A stretch of DNA of 56,136 bases from Prasinococcaceae sp. CCMP 1430 (Eukaryota; Plantae; Prasinodermophyta), in contig RQSC01001138.1 in assembly GCA_013416795.1 (NCBI GenBank), positions 1 through 56,136 on the forward strand, written 5' to 3'. This document shows, piece after piece, positions 55,646-56,136 of the stretch. How positions within the stretch are numbered: position 1 is the first letter of the stretch; every line of letters starts with the position of its first letter. The notes beneath the pieces were generated by a model. It worked only from the letters and a program-made list of their open reading frames with translations. It had not been told where the DNA came from and searched no databases. Made by a program: the position numbers and the translations under genes.

Positions 55646-56136
55646 CTCCGCCTGGAGGCCGCTGCCGTCCCCATCCCACGGCGCAGCGGGCCCCTGCTTG
55701 GCCCCGCCCGCGCGCGCGCCGCCGCCCGCGGCCGCACGCCCGCCGTGTGCCGCCCCAGCCGCCGCGCCAGCGCCCCGCAGTCCGCCGCCGCCGCCGCCGC
55801 CGCCACGTCATTTCACCCCTGCCCCATTGACCCCAAACCCTACCCATTTCTGAGCCTGCGTTCAAAACGATACTGTACACAAAGCTGCTTCGTCCGTTTT
55901 CTACCCAAACCGCCTCTGCGCCAGCGTGCAAAGTGACATGCCCGCCACGCCCAAGAACCAAGAAAGATGCCTCGGCCGCGCATGCTCGGGCGTGATGGGG
56001 TTTTGAAGGCGCGTTCAAATGCTTTCAAATGAGAACCACGGGCGAGTACGCGGGAAGGTCAGGGGGGAAGGGGCGGCGCGCGTCGGGGCGGCGATGTGCG
56101 GCGGCGCGCGGCACACCCGGCGCGGGCGGCGCGAAC

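Overview
GC-rich eukaryotic nuclear DNA, not prokaryotic. It shows spliceosomal introns (GTGCG/GTACG donors, CTGAC branch points), TGTAA poly(A) signals, a nuclear LHC gene and plastid-targeted proteins, so it is most consistent with a prasinophyte-grade green alga (inference). About 30 densely packed genes or gene fragments can be read: ankyrin-RING, Rab23, two mTERF-like paralogs, an SLC35A transporter, an RluA synthase, a Patched/NPC1-like protein, a PDZ-like protein, tesmin/LIN54, GME, a gluconokinase fragment, TrmA, DnaJ, a protease-dead FtsH, VPS20, CPP1, SirB, BBS4, a HAD phosphatase, bL36, SUMF1, TRAPPC2L, plastid uL29, a cohesin-like/Pro-rich protein, an ankyrin protein, aconitase, Lhca and a DUF3783-like protein. 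The assembly is draft quality, with four N-gaps, three single-N joins and several truncated or frameshifted genes, so many anomalies may be artefacts. Best leads: two near-identical introns in one gene (introner-like), a 36%-GC bacterial-type ClpB fragment fused to the FtsH gene, Rab23/Patched/BBS4 in one neighbourhood, a shared motif in two mTERF paralogs, and a truncated gluconokinase overlapping TrmA head-to-head. No new multi-gene system can be demonstrated from sequence alone. Family assignments rest on remembered motifs, not database searches.
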